Positions 28,024-36,880 are shown, counted from the stretch's first letter. The stretch: 64,000 bases of DNA from Dehalococcoidia bacterium (GCA_963664365.1 OY761144.1:1513596-1577595); one strand, 5' to 3'. Made by a program: numbers and translations. The notes: generated by a model not told the origin, from the letters alone.

Positions 28024-28293
28024 GACGTTACTCCTGCCATCAAGCGCTCTCTGCGGCTCTCAACACACTGTATCACAGGCCGGCGGGCGATGCTGGCTCA
28101 CCGGCAAAGCCATTATAGCGCTTGTGGGCAAGTAAACTAAACGACCCCAGATCCATGATATTCTCGACACACGCTGATATTAGATCAAACTCTCCCTGTG
28201 CGGCGCTTTCGACAGCGGCCCCACCAGCGAATGTCGTCCTGAGTCTCCCGCGCTACACCCTTCCCCAATCAACCTGCCTGCGTACAATCGCCC

Positions 28294-29082
28294 TCAGCCC
28301 AGCATCACCCTGACCGCGCTCACGAACTCCAGCGCCCGTTCAACAGCCGCCGCGACCTCGTCCTGCGAGAACGAAACGTACAGTTGGTAGTCGCTCTGTC
28401 GGCGCAGTTCGTAAGTCTCCTTCAACTTCTCCGCCAACGACGCATCGAACAATCCGGTAGTGACGTAGCGTAGCCCAAACTGGTTTGCGACGCCCCCGTG
28501 CGTTCTTGGTGGAGCGCTGTCCGTACGCGCAAGAGCAGCCGAAGCGGCATAGAACATTGCATAGTAAGCGCGGTTCACGGCAGCCCTGAGGAGTCCTTGA
28601 TCTAAGTTGACCTTGGCAGTTGCGAGCGCTTCATCAGCTAATTCCAGATGTCGGACCACATGTCTCTCTTTCATGACCTCGATCTCCGCGTCGGGCAGTT
28701 GAGCGCTTTCGGCGCGCGCCTTCGAAAAGATACCCGTGTCATAAAGGACCACCCCATCTTCCAGAATATTCATGACCAGAGGCGACCCCAGACTGTGGAA
28801 CTCCAGAAACTCGCTCCTGTCATAGGCGGTCGTCTCCACGAAGAACCGGAACCCGGTCTCGCGCGCCTGGTCATACTCGACTTTCGTGAGCGCCTTGCCG
28901 ATGCCGTCATCCCCCGACCCAACTACCAGCACATCTACATCACTATCTGGCCCGGCGTCGCCCCTAGCCACCGAGCCATACAGCACGATCGAATCGACCC
29001 GGTCACCAAGCGTAGCCCGAACCCGCCGAGCAAAATCCTCAGCAGCCGCCCTGAGTTCGGATTGGCGCGTTGTCGTAGTCAT
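28294..29082 (-). CDS. fused nucleotidyltransferase-HEPN protein
   Basis: 262 aa. LYGSVARGDAGPDSDVDVLVV at the N-terminus and AVNRAYYAMFYAASAAL...RRQSDYQ at the C-terminus. It is a paralogue of the split pair at 5160-5880. Confidence 0.8.
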   Translation of the reverse strand: MTTTTRQSELRAAAEDFARRVRATLGDRVDSIVLYGSVARGDAGPDSDVDVLVVGSGDDGIGKALTKVEYDQARETGFRFFVETTAYDRSEFLEFHSLGSPLVMNILEDGVVLYDTGIFSKARAESAQLPDAEIEVMKERHVVRHLELADEALATAKVNLDQGLLRAAVNRAYYAMFYAASAALARTDSAPPRTHGGVANQFGLRYVTTGLFDASLAEKLKETYELRRQSDYQLYVSFSQDEVAAAVERALEFVSAVRVMLG

Positions 29083-29238
29083 TGGTCGTTCACGAACGTC
29101 TCCGGCTGTCCGTCTATTTGGCCTGAGCGCAGTTATATCTTATCACGGAGAGGGGCGAAACCCTTGAGACGTAGCCATGGAAAAGGGCAGACCCCAATTG
29201 GCTCGCCTCTTAGTTGAAGGTTCTATGTAGGATCCCGC

Positions 29239-30237
29239 CTAAGTCGTAAACAGTATGCTATTCCGAGGCCTCGGCATGATCTCCGACTCCGACAGCTCGT
29301 ATGCCTCTTTCTTGTATATCTGGATTCGGTGCTGGCCGAAGTCGCAGATGAACAGGCGGAACTCCGAATCGACCCGGACCGCGCAAGGGGAGTGCAGGCG
29401 CTTGGTGGGTTCCAAGTCCGTCATCTCGCGCAGACGCAGGGTCGTGGGGTTGGCCAGTATGTACTGGCGGCCCGACCTCGACAGGTTCGCGTCGCCGAAG
29501 AACTGCTCGACGAACCGTCCTTCCGGGCTGAACATCTGGACGCGGTTGTTGAGCCAATCGGCGACGTAGATGTCGCCGTGCGCATCGACGGCGACGGCGG
29601 CGGGCCTGTTGAACTCGCCCTTCCGGTCGCCGGACGAGCCGAAGTCGAGCAGGTAGTCTCCGTCGGCGGTGTACTTCTGCACGCGGTCGTTGCGCCAGTC
29701 GGCGACGTAGATGTCCCCAAGCTCATCGACTGCGACGCCCCACGGCATATTCAACTCGCCGTCTCCGTCTCCGTGCCCGCGGTCTATCGTCTGAAGATGC
29801 TTGCCGTCGCGCGTGAACCTCTGAATTCGGTGGTTCAGCGTGTCCGACATCACGATATTGCCGTCCGGGTCGAAGTCCATGAACGACGGCCGGTTCACCT
29901 GGCCCTCGTCGGAGCCGGACTCCCCCCAGGTGTCCAGAGTCTCGCCGTCCTTGTCCATGATCGTGACGGTGTTCTTCGCTTCGTCCAGGACGTAGAGGTT
30001 CTCGTCCTCGTCAACCAGAAGCGACGTGGGCCAGGTGAAGTTCCCGACGCCGCGCAGTCCGAGGTTCTCGTCCTCCCAGTTGATGACCCGGATCTCATTG
30101 CCGATGCCGCCCCGGGTCAAGACGTAGATGTTCTCCTCTCCGAACCCGATGTCCACCGGATCGGACGTGACGCGGCGCTGTCCCAGCGTCATGTAGTACG
30201 GAAAACCGGACCTTAGCAGCGCGTGTGGACGTCCCAT
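29239..30237 (-). CDS. NHL-repeat beta-propeller protein
   Basis: Repeated motifs such as DIYVADWxNxRVQ and NRPxxVAVD. Confidence 0.8.
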   Translation of the reverse strand: MGRPHALLRSGFPYYMTLGQRRVTSDPVDIGFGEENIYVLTRGGIGNEIRVINWEDENLGLRGVGNFTWPTSLLVDEDENLYVLDEAKNTVTIMDKDGETLDTWGESGSDEGQVNRPSFMDFDPDGNIVMSDTLNHRIQRFTRDGKHLQTIDRGHGDGDGELNMPWGVAVDELGDIYVADWRNDRVQKYTADGDYLLDFGSSGDRKGEFNRPAAVAVDAHGDIYVADWLNNRVQMFSPEGRFVEQFFGDANLSRSGRQYILANPTTLRLREMTDLEPTKRLHSPCAVRVDSEFRLFICDFGQHRIQIYKKEAYELSESEIMPRPRNSILFTT

Positions 30238-30255
30238 CTGCTCACCTCTGCCTGA

Positions 30256-31404
30256 CTACGACTGCTTGAATGGGTGTATTTGCTCGTAGTTGCCGAGGAC
30301 TATCGGAGCGGCTTCGACTCCGAGCCACTGCTCGAGGACCGTGCCGTATATCCCGCGATAGTCGATGGTGTGCGGCAGGTCTTCGCCGCTGTTCACCCAG
30401 TCCTTGGGGTTCAGGGAGGGGTACTCGGCATAGAGTCCGCCCTCGACCGGCTTGCCGACGATGAACGCGCCGCCCCCTGACCCGTGGTCCGTGCCGGAGC
30501 CGTTGTCATAGACCCGACGCCCGAACTCGGTGAACACCAGCATCACCACGTTGTCGTCCGCGCCGTGCTCTTCGAGGTCGGCGAAGAAGTCCGAAATCGC
30601 CCCTGAGAGGTCTCCGACCAGCTTGGGATGCGTCGGAACCTCGTTCGCGTGAGTGTCGTATCCGCCGTGCGACGTGTAGAAGATGCGCGTACCGAGGTCG
30701 GCCGTATGAACGCGGGCCACGTCGCGCAGGCTCTGGGCGATGGGATTGCCGGCGTATTCGACCGTGGACTCGTACCGCTCCGGCGCGACATTGATCATGT
30801 CCGCGCCCGTCAGGACGTCCTGTCCGGTTCGGGACAGGTACTCCATGACCGGGCCGGTTCCGATGGCGGGGCCGTACATCTGCTTGAAGATGTCCAGGGC
30901 CTGTTCGCGCTGATCGTCGCCGTCTATTCCCGTCATCAGGCCGTAGCTGTCGAGGTTCGACACGCTGGTAACGGGAACGCCGGGCATGGCCATCGCGCGC
31001 GGCAGTCCGACGCCGAAGTTGACTCCGGTCAGCGGGTTTTCGCCCTCCGGATCTAGCTCCTTGAGCGTCCGGCCGACCCACCCGACCGTCGATACCTCGT
31101 GCGGCGTGCAGGTATGCCAGATGTCCATGCCTCGGAAGTGGGAGCGGTTGGAGTTGGGGTATCCGATACCCTGCACTATGCTCACCATGCCGCGGTCATA
31201 CAACTCCTTGAACGCGCCCATCTCCGGGTGGAACGCGAGCGTGTCGTCTATCGGCAGCGCCTGGCCCTGTGGGATGCCGACCAGGGGCCTGTTGTCGTAA
31301 TAGACCTCGCTGTTGTACGGGATGATCGTGTTCATGAAGTCGTTCCCGCCCGAGAGCTGAACGATAACGAAGACAGGGTCCTTTCCGTTTCCGTTGCCTG
31401 CCAT
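30256..31404 (-). CDS. DUF1501-domain protein (sulfatase-fold)
   Basis: 382 aa. ...SHGGYDTHANE..., FTEFGRR. Paired with an upstream DUF1800 gene, the usual arrangement for these two families. Confidence 0.8.
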   Translation of the reverse strand: MAGNGNGKDPVFVIVQLSGGNDFMNTIIPYNSEVYYDNRPLVGIPQGQALPIDDTLAFHPEMGAFKELYDRGMVSIVQGIGYPNSNRSHFRGMDIWHTCTPHEVSTVGWVGRTLKELDPEGENPLTGVNFGVGLPRAMAMPGVPVTSVSNLDSYGLMTGIDGDDQREQALDIFKQMYGPAIGTGPVMEYLSRTGQDVLTGADMINVAPERYESTVEYAGNPIAQSLRDVARVHTADLGTRIFYTSHGGYDTHANEVPTHPKLVGDLSGAISDFFADLEEHGADDNVVMLVFTEFGRRVYDNGSGTDHGSGGGAFIVGKPVEGGLYAEYPSLNPKDWVNSGEDLPHTIDYRGIYGTVLEQWLGVEAAPIVLGNYEQIHPFKQS

Positions 31405-31434
31405 GTCTTGTACTACCTCCCTCTTGGAGTGAAT

Positions 31435-32844
31435 CTAGGCGAACTGGTACTCGCGCGACGCTACGATAAGCTGAAGCATCCGCGCCACTTTGCCGGCGTT
31501 TTCTGTGCGGGACTCTTTGGCGCTCAGGTCCACGTCTCCCACGCTGTCGGCGTAGTTGGACAACGCGGCCTGGGTCCTCTCTCCGACCTCCATCGGGCCG
31601 ATAAGGTCCAGGCATCGGTCCACAAGCTGATCCGGCGAGAGCGTTCCGTCCTCCGACAGCCGCGATATGATGTCCTGCACGCCGGGAGCGGACGTGTCGT
31701 TGAACTGGTTGACGGCGAAGTTGACCCGCTCGTTCAGCGTCCCGCCGTCTATCCACTCGTGGCCCGTGTGCCAGCCCTCCACCGTAGGCGGATTCATCAA
31801 GGCCTGTCCCATAAGCCCCGCCGCTCCACTCAGCGCGCCCACGCTCTGGCCCGGCGCGGGCATCATTCCGTAGCTGCCCACCAGCTTGATCGTGCCCGCC
31901 ACGAGCTCCGCCGGGTTCTTGACCTTCTTGAACCGCGCCCGCTTGAACGACTCCGAGTTGAACAGCGTCCGCAGCACGGCCCTGATCCGGCCGTCGTTGT
32001 CCTTGAATGCCTGGACCAGAGCGTCGATCGCCTCGGGGTCGTTGGGAGGCTCGATGTCCCATGCCGGAACCTGGGGCTCGTCAGCCACGAAGAAGTTATA
32101 CAGGTGCCGCGAAATGAACCTGAACGTCGGCTCCTGTTGCACGACTATGTCTATGATGTCCTCGCCGTTGAAGTTTCCTGTGTGTCCCAGGAACGTCTTG
32201 GGAGTCTCGTCGTGGTCTTCCGGCAGGTACTGGAATTCAGAGGGGTTGTGCCCGTGCGGGTATAGAGGCCCCGGCTGCGTGAAAGTCCAGCCCGTGAAGG
32301 CGCGCGCCGCGTTCTTGATGTCGTCCTCGGTGTAGTTGCCGACGCCCATGCTGAACAGTTCGAGCAGTTCGCGCCCCCAGTTCTCGTTCGGCTGGTCTGC
32401 GTGGTTCTCGCAGTTGTCGAGCCAGTAGTTCATCGCCGGGTCGCGCGACAGGGCGAGAAGGATAGTTCGGAGGTCGGACATCCCGACCTCGCGGAACATC
32501 TCGATCTGCGTGATCATGCTCGGGCTGTGCTCGCTCTTGTACCACGCGGTGGCGAAGACGTGGTGCCAGAACAGAGCCATCTTCTCTTCCAGCGGTCGCT
32601 TCGAATTTATCATCCGCCACACCCACCGCCCGGCCCACACTCCATACGCGTCGTTGTACGACAACTCCCGGTTGTATCGCTTCAGCACGTCCTCTTCCAG
32701 GTCGTCCAGTCGTTCGGGATGGATCAGCCTCTCCACGACCTCCTCGTATGCCATCTCGGACAGTTCTTCAAGCTCTGACCTGGTGGCGCCGAATCCCGCC
32801 CGCCGCATCAGGTGAGACAGAGTGGCAAGGTCTTCTCTCGACAT
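31435..32844 (-). CDS. DUF1800-domain protein
   Basis: 469 aa. HLMRRAGFGATRSELE, WHHVFAT. Confidence 0.8.
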   Translation of the reverse strand: MSREDLATLSHLMRRAGFGATRSELEELSEMAYEEVVERLIHPERLDDLEEDVLKRYNRELSYNDAYGVWAGRWVWRMINSKRPLEEKMALFWHHVFATAWYKSEHSPSMITQIEMFREVGMSDLRTILLALSRDPAMNYWLDNCENHADQPNENWGRELLELFSMGVGNYTEDDIKNAARAFTGWTFTQPGPLYPHGHNPSEFQYLPEDHDETPKTFLGHTGNFNGEDIIDIVVQQEPTFRFISRHLYNFFVADEPQVPAWDIEPPNDPEAIDALVQAFKDNDGRIRAVLRTLFNSESFKRARFKKVKNPAELVAGTIKLVGSYGMMPAPGQSVGALSGAAGLMGQALMNPPTVEGWHTGHEWIDGGTLNERVNFAVNQFNDTSAPGVQDIISRLSEDGTLSPDQLVDRCLDLIGPMEVGERTQAALSNYADSVGDVDLSAKESRTENAGKVARMLQLIVASREYQFA

Positions 32845-33020
32845 TTCTCAACCCCCGTGTGTATCGGTTCCGCCTATACTATTCCCCGACCATTTGGCTC
32901 GGACGCGAACGAAGACCGACGGCCTCCAACCCGCCTCCGACTCGCCGCTATTGTACCCCAGCCAAGCCATCCGTTCAACGCTCCTGCACAATCCAGAGCC
33001 TGTGTCAGTTCTGTGGGTCC

Positions 33021-33214
33021 CCCTGGGAGCGCGGGCGTCCCGCCTGCATCCAACCCCCTCCCTCTGTCATCCCGACCGCCCCCTACTGTCATTTCGAGCG
33101 CAGCGAGAAATCTAAAATCCCCGAACATCCTCCAACCCAATCAGCGAAATCACCCCATCCCCAAACTCCCACTTCATACAACCCTTAGCGCCCCTTAGTG
33201 CCCCGTGGACAACC
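33021..33214 (+). repeat. composite structured intergenic repeat, copy 1 (GGGAGCGCGGGCGTCC ... TGTCATTTCGAGCGCAGCGAGAAATCTAAAATCC ... CCAACCCAATCAGCGAAATCACCCCA ... CCCTTAGCG..GTGGAC)
   Basis: Long blocks identical with 34474-34634. Confidence 0.8.
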
Positions 33215-33276
33215 TATATCCACCAACCAACCCCATCCTGAATATCCCCCAATCCCGTAAATCCTGCTTCTACCCC

Positions 33277-33322
33277 TTGACACCAGCCCAAAGACCATGT
33301 ATTCTAAACAGAACTGTCGTAC
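33277..33322 (+). promoter_or_regulatory. promoter TTGACA-17 nt-TATTCT followed by a LexA-like box GAACTGTCGTAC
   Basis: Hexamers at 33277-33282 and 33300-33305. The box at 33311-33322 has one mismatch to GAAC-N4-GTTC. Confidence 0.45.
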
Positions 33323-33358
33323 ACCCACTATCCACTAACCACTAACCACTATCCACCA

Positions 33359-34255
33359 ATGACCACCACAACACAACAGACACCATCTAACCCGGCCCTC
33401 GACTTCGCCAACGCCATCCGCGAGGAAACCGACAACGGTCTCGAACTCATCGAGATCCTACACGACATCGCCCAAGGCAACGACCCGAAGGCCACCGCCA
33501 ACGACCGCATCACTGCCGCCAACATCCTCGCCGACAGAGGATTCGGCAAATGCCCCAGGCAAATCGACCCCAATCCGGCCCCAACCCCCAAATCCGACGC
33601 CAACGACGTAGGGGCGATTCGCGAATCGCCCTCGGTGCCCGCCGCCAACCCCAGGCCCGTAACCCAAATCAAAGACTCCCTAGACCAGGCCCTCGGCCCG
33701 GCCCCAACTACCCACTCGCCACAATCTACTAACCACTATTCACAATCCACCATCCACTTCACCATCCAACAACACATCATCGAAATCACCAACAACGGAC
33801 AGACCATCCGAGACACCCTAAAAGAAATAGCCCGGGCCAAAGACGACCCGAAAGTCACGCCCTACCACCGCGCAAGAGCCGCGCGTATCCTGCTCGACCG
33901 TCTCCTCGGAACCGACAGTGCCCTCGAAAAGAGGACCAAACCCTACGTCCGCCCGGTCAGACACATCGACCCCGACGACCTGGCCGAATTCCGCGCCAAG
34001 CTCCAGCGAATGGAGGACGAGGGCACACTCACACCCTACCCGGACGGTCGCAGAGACAACATAACCGTGCCTGAGATACCCGAATGGTTCGACCCGACCC
34101 CCTACCTGGACGAAGCTTCCGAAAAGTTCGAGGCCGACATCAAGATGCGGCTCGAACGACAGAAGGCATGGCCCGCCATCGAAGAACGAAGGCGGAAGAA
34201 ACTCGCCAAAATCTACCCCTCTCACTCCGAAGACGGCAAACCGCCGGACCCATAA
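33359..34255 (+). CDS. hypothetical protein with an internally duplicated helical motif (...DR(I/A)xAAxILxDRxxG...)
   Basis: 298 aa. The repeats NGLELIEILHDIAQGNDPKATANDRITAANILADRGFGK and NGQTIRDTLKEIARAKDDPKVTPYHRARAARILLDRLLGT are separated by a Pro-rich linker. The motif is reminiscent of small phage DNA-binding or terminase-small-subunit-like proteins. Confidence 0.55.
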   Translation: MTTTTQQTPSNPALDFANAIREETDNGLELIEILHDIAQGNDPKATANDRITAANILADRGFGKCPRQIDPNPAPTPKSDANDVGAIRESPSVPAANPRPVTQIKDSLDQALGPAPTTHSPQSTNHYSQSTIHFTIQQHIIEITNNGQTIRDTLKEIARAKDDPKVTPYHRARAARILLDRLLGTDSALEKRTKPYVRPVRHIDPDDLAEFRAKLQRMEDEGTLTPYPDGRRDNITVPEIPEWFDPTPYLDEASEKFEADIKMRLERQKAWPAIEERRRKKLAKIYPSHSEDGKPPDP

Positions 34256-34257
34256 CC

Positions 34258-34467
34258 ATGACGACCTCCGAAAACATCCTATCCGAAATCATCGACGAGT
34301 TGAGGCCACTCCCGCACGCCCAGCGTGCGGCCCTTGCTCGCGTCTATCGCCGGACACTCGACGAAGATGATTGCCTCAGGCTCCTACACGCATGGGAACT
34401 CCACGCCCTAGTCCACGCCGTCACAGAGCTTATGATCCGCCGAATCCCCCTAAAAATCTGGGTCTAA
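34258..34467 (+). CDS. small hypothetical protein
   Basis: 69 aa (MTTSENILSEIIDELRPLPHAQRAAL...). The ATG lies 2 nt after the upstream stop codon. Confidence 0.4.
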   Translation: MTTSENILSEIIDELRPLPHAQRAALARVYRRTLDEDDCLRLLHAWELHALVHAVTELMIRRIPLKIWV

Positions 34468-34473
34468 CCACCC

Positions 34474-34634
34474 TTGGGAGCGCGGGCGTCCCACCGGCGC
34501 CCCCTGTCATTTCGAGCGCAGCGAGAAATCTAAAATCCCTGAACATCCTCCAACCCAATCAGCGAAATCACCCCAATCACAAAAATCACAGTCAGACAAC
34601 CCTTAGCGCTCCTTCGTGTCCTTCGTGGATAGCG
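34474..34634 (+). repeat. composite structured intergenic repeat, copy 2
   Basis: Same blocks as 33021-33214. It ends in CCTTCGTGTCCTTCGTGGAT. Confidence 0.8.
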
Positions 34635-34702
34635 CCTCTACGCTAAAAACCGAAAACTAGAAACTAAAAACCATCCACTAACCACTATCCACTGCCCACC
34701 CC

Positions 34703-34757
34703 TTGACAAGCGTTCTCTCAATGTGTGAACATGAGTTCACGCGAAGAACGAGAGTTC
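34703..34757 (+). promoter_or_regulatory. promoter -35 TTGACA plus two Gram-positive-type LexA boxes (GAACATGAGTTC and GAACGAGAGTTC)
   Basis: TTGACA at 34703-34708. Perfect GAAC-N4-GTTC palindromes at 34727-34738 and 34746-34757. The SD AGGAGA and the ATG at 34777 follow. Confidence 0.7.
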
Positions 34758-34776
34758 CCGAATTAGGAGAGACAAC

Positions 34777-36123
34777 ATGCTCATCAAGAAATCGCCCGAC
34801 GCCTACGACAAGCTAAGGATACTCGGAGGAATGGCCTCCGACGACATTCTATCGCCCCCCGAAAGGCCCGGCGACCGAGGCGGCCCATATCCCGCCGCCA
34901 AGAAGAATCCCAACTACGGCGTCTATCGAGCCTCCATGCCCAACGGCAAGTTCATAAACCTGATGCGCGTCATGTTCACCGACTTCTGCAAGATGGACTG
35001 CGCCTACTGCCCAAACAGCCACTGGGTCCCTAGAAAGCGATACGCCTTCAAGGTGGACGAACTCGCCCAGACCTTCATGGAACTTCACAGAAGGCAGACC
35101 GTCAGCGGACTGTTCCTCAGTTCGGGCATAGCGGGCGACGGCTCCAAGACCACCGAACGACTCGTCAAGGTCGTGGACGCCATCCGAAACAAGCACGGAT
35201 TCAAGGGATACATCCACATGAAGGTGATGCCCGGCGCGGAGTACCAGTACGTTGAAGCCGCGCACCGACTCGGCACGCGCCTATCGGTCAACATCGAGAC
35301 ACCGACCAAACTCCACATGGACAAGCTCAGCGCCATGAAGGACTTCCAGAAGGACATCCTCGACCCCATGGCGTGGATTCACAAGCTCACCGAGGAGAGC
35401 AGCGGCGGCGCCGTCGGACAGGCCACGCAGCTTGTCGTCGGCGCGGCTGACGAGACCGACCGCGACATCTTCGGACGCATGGACCAACTCTACTCCGAGT
35501 GGAAGCTCAAGCGGGTCTATTACGCGCCCTTCCGCCCCGTCCGGTACACGCCCCTCGAAGAGCATCCCGCGACCCCCATGACAAGGAGCCACAGGCTCTA
35601 CCAGATGGACTGGCTCAAGCGAGTGTACAGGTTCTCGAACGATGAACTCGATCTCGCTTTCGGCGCGGACGACCATCTACCCCTCGACCTCGACCCCAAG
35701 ACCTCCATCGCCGTCGAAAACCTCGACGCCTTCCCAATGGACATAAACGGCGTCTCCTACGAGACGCTGCTCAGAATCCCCGGCGTCGGCCCCAAGTCCG
35801 CGCAGCGAATCGTCCGAAACAGGCGCGCCCACGCCATAGACACCTGGAGAGACCTCCAGACCATGGGCGTCGTCCGAAAGCGAGCATGGCCCTTCATCGC
35901 CTTCCCCGGACACCGACCTCCCAGGGCCAAGCAGCTAAGGCTCGACCTCTTCGGCCAAGACGCCAGAGAGCGCCGACTCGCCCAAGCCCCCGAACCCGCC
36001 GCGCAGACGGCCCCATGCGGCGAAGAAAGATCCTGCGTCGGATGCCCGATGTTCGGTATGCCCGGCCATCCCGGCGACCCCAATGCCGGACTCGGCGCAA
36101 CCCCGTTGCCGCCCGCCGCGTGA
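34777..36123 (+). CDS. putative DNA modification/repair radical SAM protein (TIGR03916-like) with C-terminal helix-hairpin-helix
   Basis: 448 aa. CKMDCAYC (Cx3Cx2C), GLFLSSG, GYIHMKVMPGA, RLSVNIETP, and LLRIPGVGPKSAQRIV. Confidence 0.85.
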   Translation: MLIKKSPDAYDKLRILGGMASDDILSPPERPGDRGGPYPAAKKNPNYGVYRASMPNGKFINLMRVMFTDFCKMDCAYCPNSHWVPRKRYAFKVDELAQTFMELHRRQTVSGLFLSSGIAGDGSKTTERLVKVVDAIRNKHGFKGYIHMKVMPGAEYQYVEAAHRLGTRLSVNIETPTKLHMDKLSAMKDFQKDILDPMAWIHKLTEESSGGAVGQATQLVVGAADETDRDIFGRMDQLYSEWKLKRVYYAPFRPVRYTPLEEHPATPMTRSHRLYQMDWLKRVYRFSNDELDLAFGADDHLPLDLDPKTSIAVENLDAFPMDINGVSYETLLRIPGVGPKSAQRIVRNRRAHAIDTWRDLQTMGVVRKRAWPFIAFPGHRPPRAKQLRLDLFGQDARERRLAQAPEPAAQTAPCGEERSCVGCPMFGMPGHPGDPNAGLGATPLPPAA

Positions 36124-36340
36124 ACTCGACACGCCAACTACCGTCACTCCGGCGAAGAGCCTGCCCCGTACCCGATACGGGGCCGGAGTCCAGAAGGGCA
36201 GGGGGATGGAGGCTCGGCCGCCGCGTGAACTCGACACGCCAACTACCGTCACTCCGGCGAAGAGCCTGCCCCGTACCCGATACGGGGCCGGAGTCCAGAA
36301 GGGCAGGGGGATGGAGGCTCGGCCGCCGCGTGAACTCCGC
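36113..36340 (+). repeat. 105-bp tandem repeat, 2.2 copies, with nested hairpins
   Basis: CGCGTGAAC recurs at 36117, 36222 and 36327. The unit contains ACTCCGGC...GCCGGAGT enclosing CCCCGTA-CCCGA-TACGGGG. Confidence 0.9.
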
Positions 36341-36375
36341 GCCCCTGATGCTGTATCATTGACAAGGCAAAAGCC

Positions 36376-36411
36376 CCCTCTCCCTCAAGGGAGAGGGCTA
36401 GGGTGAGGGTG
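36376..36411 (+). repeat. hairpin CCCTCTCCCT/AGGGAGAGGG followed by CTAGGGTGAGGGTG (repeat family, copy 1)
   Basis: The same element occurs at 48708-48748 (+) and 46142-46180 (-). Confidence 0.8.
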
Positions 36412-36512
36412 AAAACTCGCCGTACCGATCTCTGACACTGGACGCCGGATCACAACCTTGGCGAATCCTTAGCGTCCTTCGTGGACACACAACCGACAAA
36501 GGACAAAACCCA

Positions 36513-36866
36513 ATGACAACCACAGCCGACACCCTCCAATTCCGAGGCGTCCTCGCCATCCCCGGCGAGAACGACCGCCGCGACGTCACCCTCACCCTCG
36601 CCGACGGCTCCCACTCAGCCACCCTTCACTTCGACGAGCCCGTCGCAGGCTCCGACGAGTGGCGAGGACAAAACGTCATAGTCTTGGACAGGCCCAAGTA
36701 CCAAGAGATCCAGTTCGCCACGTTCGACCTGCCCAAAGACACCGTCCAACTAACCTGGAAACTCAACAGGTCCAAGCTGGACAACACCATCGCCGGAGTA
36801 GTCGTCGCCCGCCCCAACGCCGTCAGAGTCAGAGGCGAAAAAGGCTTCATCCTGACCCAAGTCTAA
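36513..36866 (+). CDS. hypothetical protein
   Basis: 117 aa with a beta-rich composition. No motif recognised. Confidence 0.5.
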   Translation: MTTTADTLQFRGVLAIPGENDRRDVTLTLADGSHSATLHFDEPVAGSDEWRGQNVIVLDRPKYQEIQFATFDLPKDTVQLTWKLNRSKLDNTIAGVVVARPNAVRVRGEKGFILTQV

Positions 36867-36880
36867 AGACCCCGTCCCGC

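Noticed and set aside
29088-29097. GTTCACGAAC upstream of the fused NT-HEPN gene, considered as a LexA box.
   Set aside because: The half-sites are in the wrong order and spacing (GTTC-N2-GAAC instead of GAAC-N4-GTTC).
36113-36340. The 105-bp tandem repeat considered as a CRISPR or other spaced array.
   Set aside because: There are only 2.2 directly abutting copies, no spacers, and no cas genes in the window.
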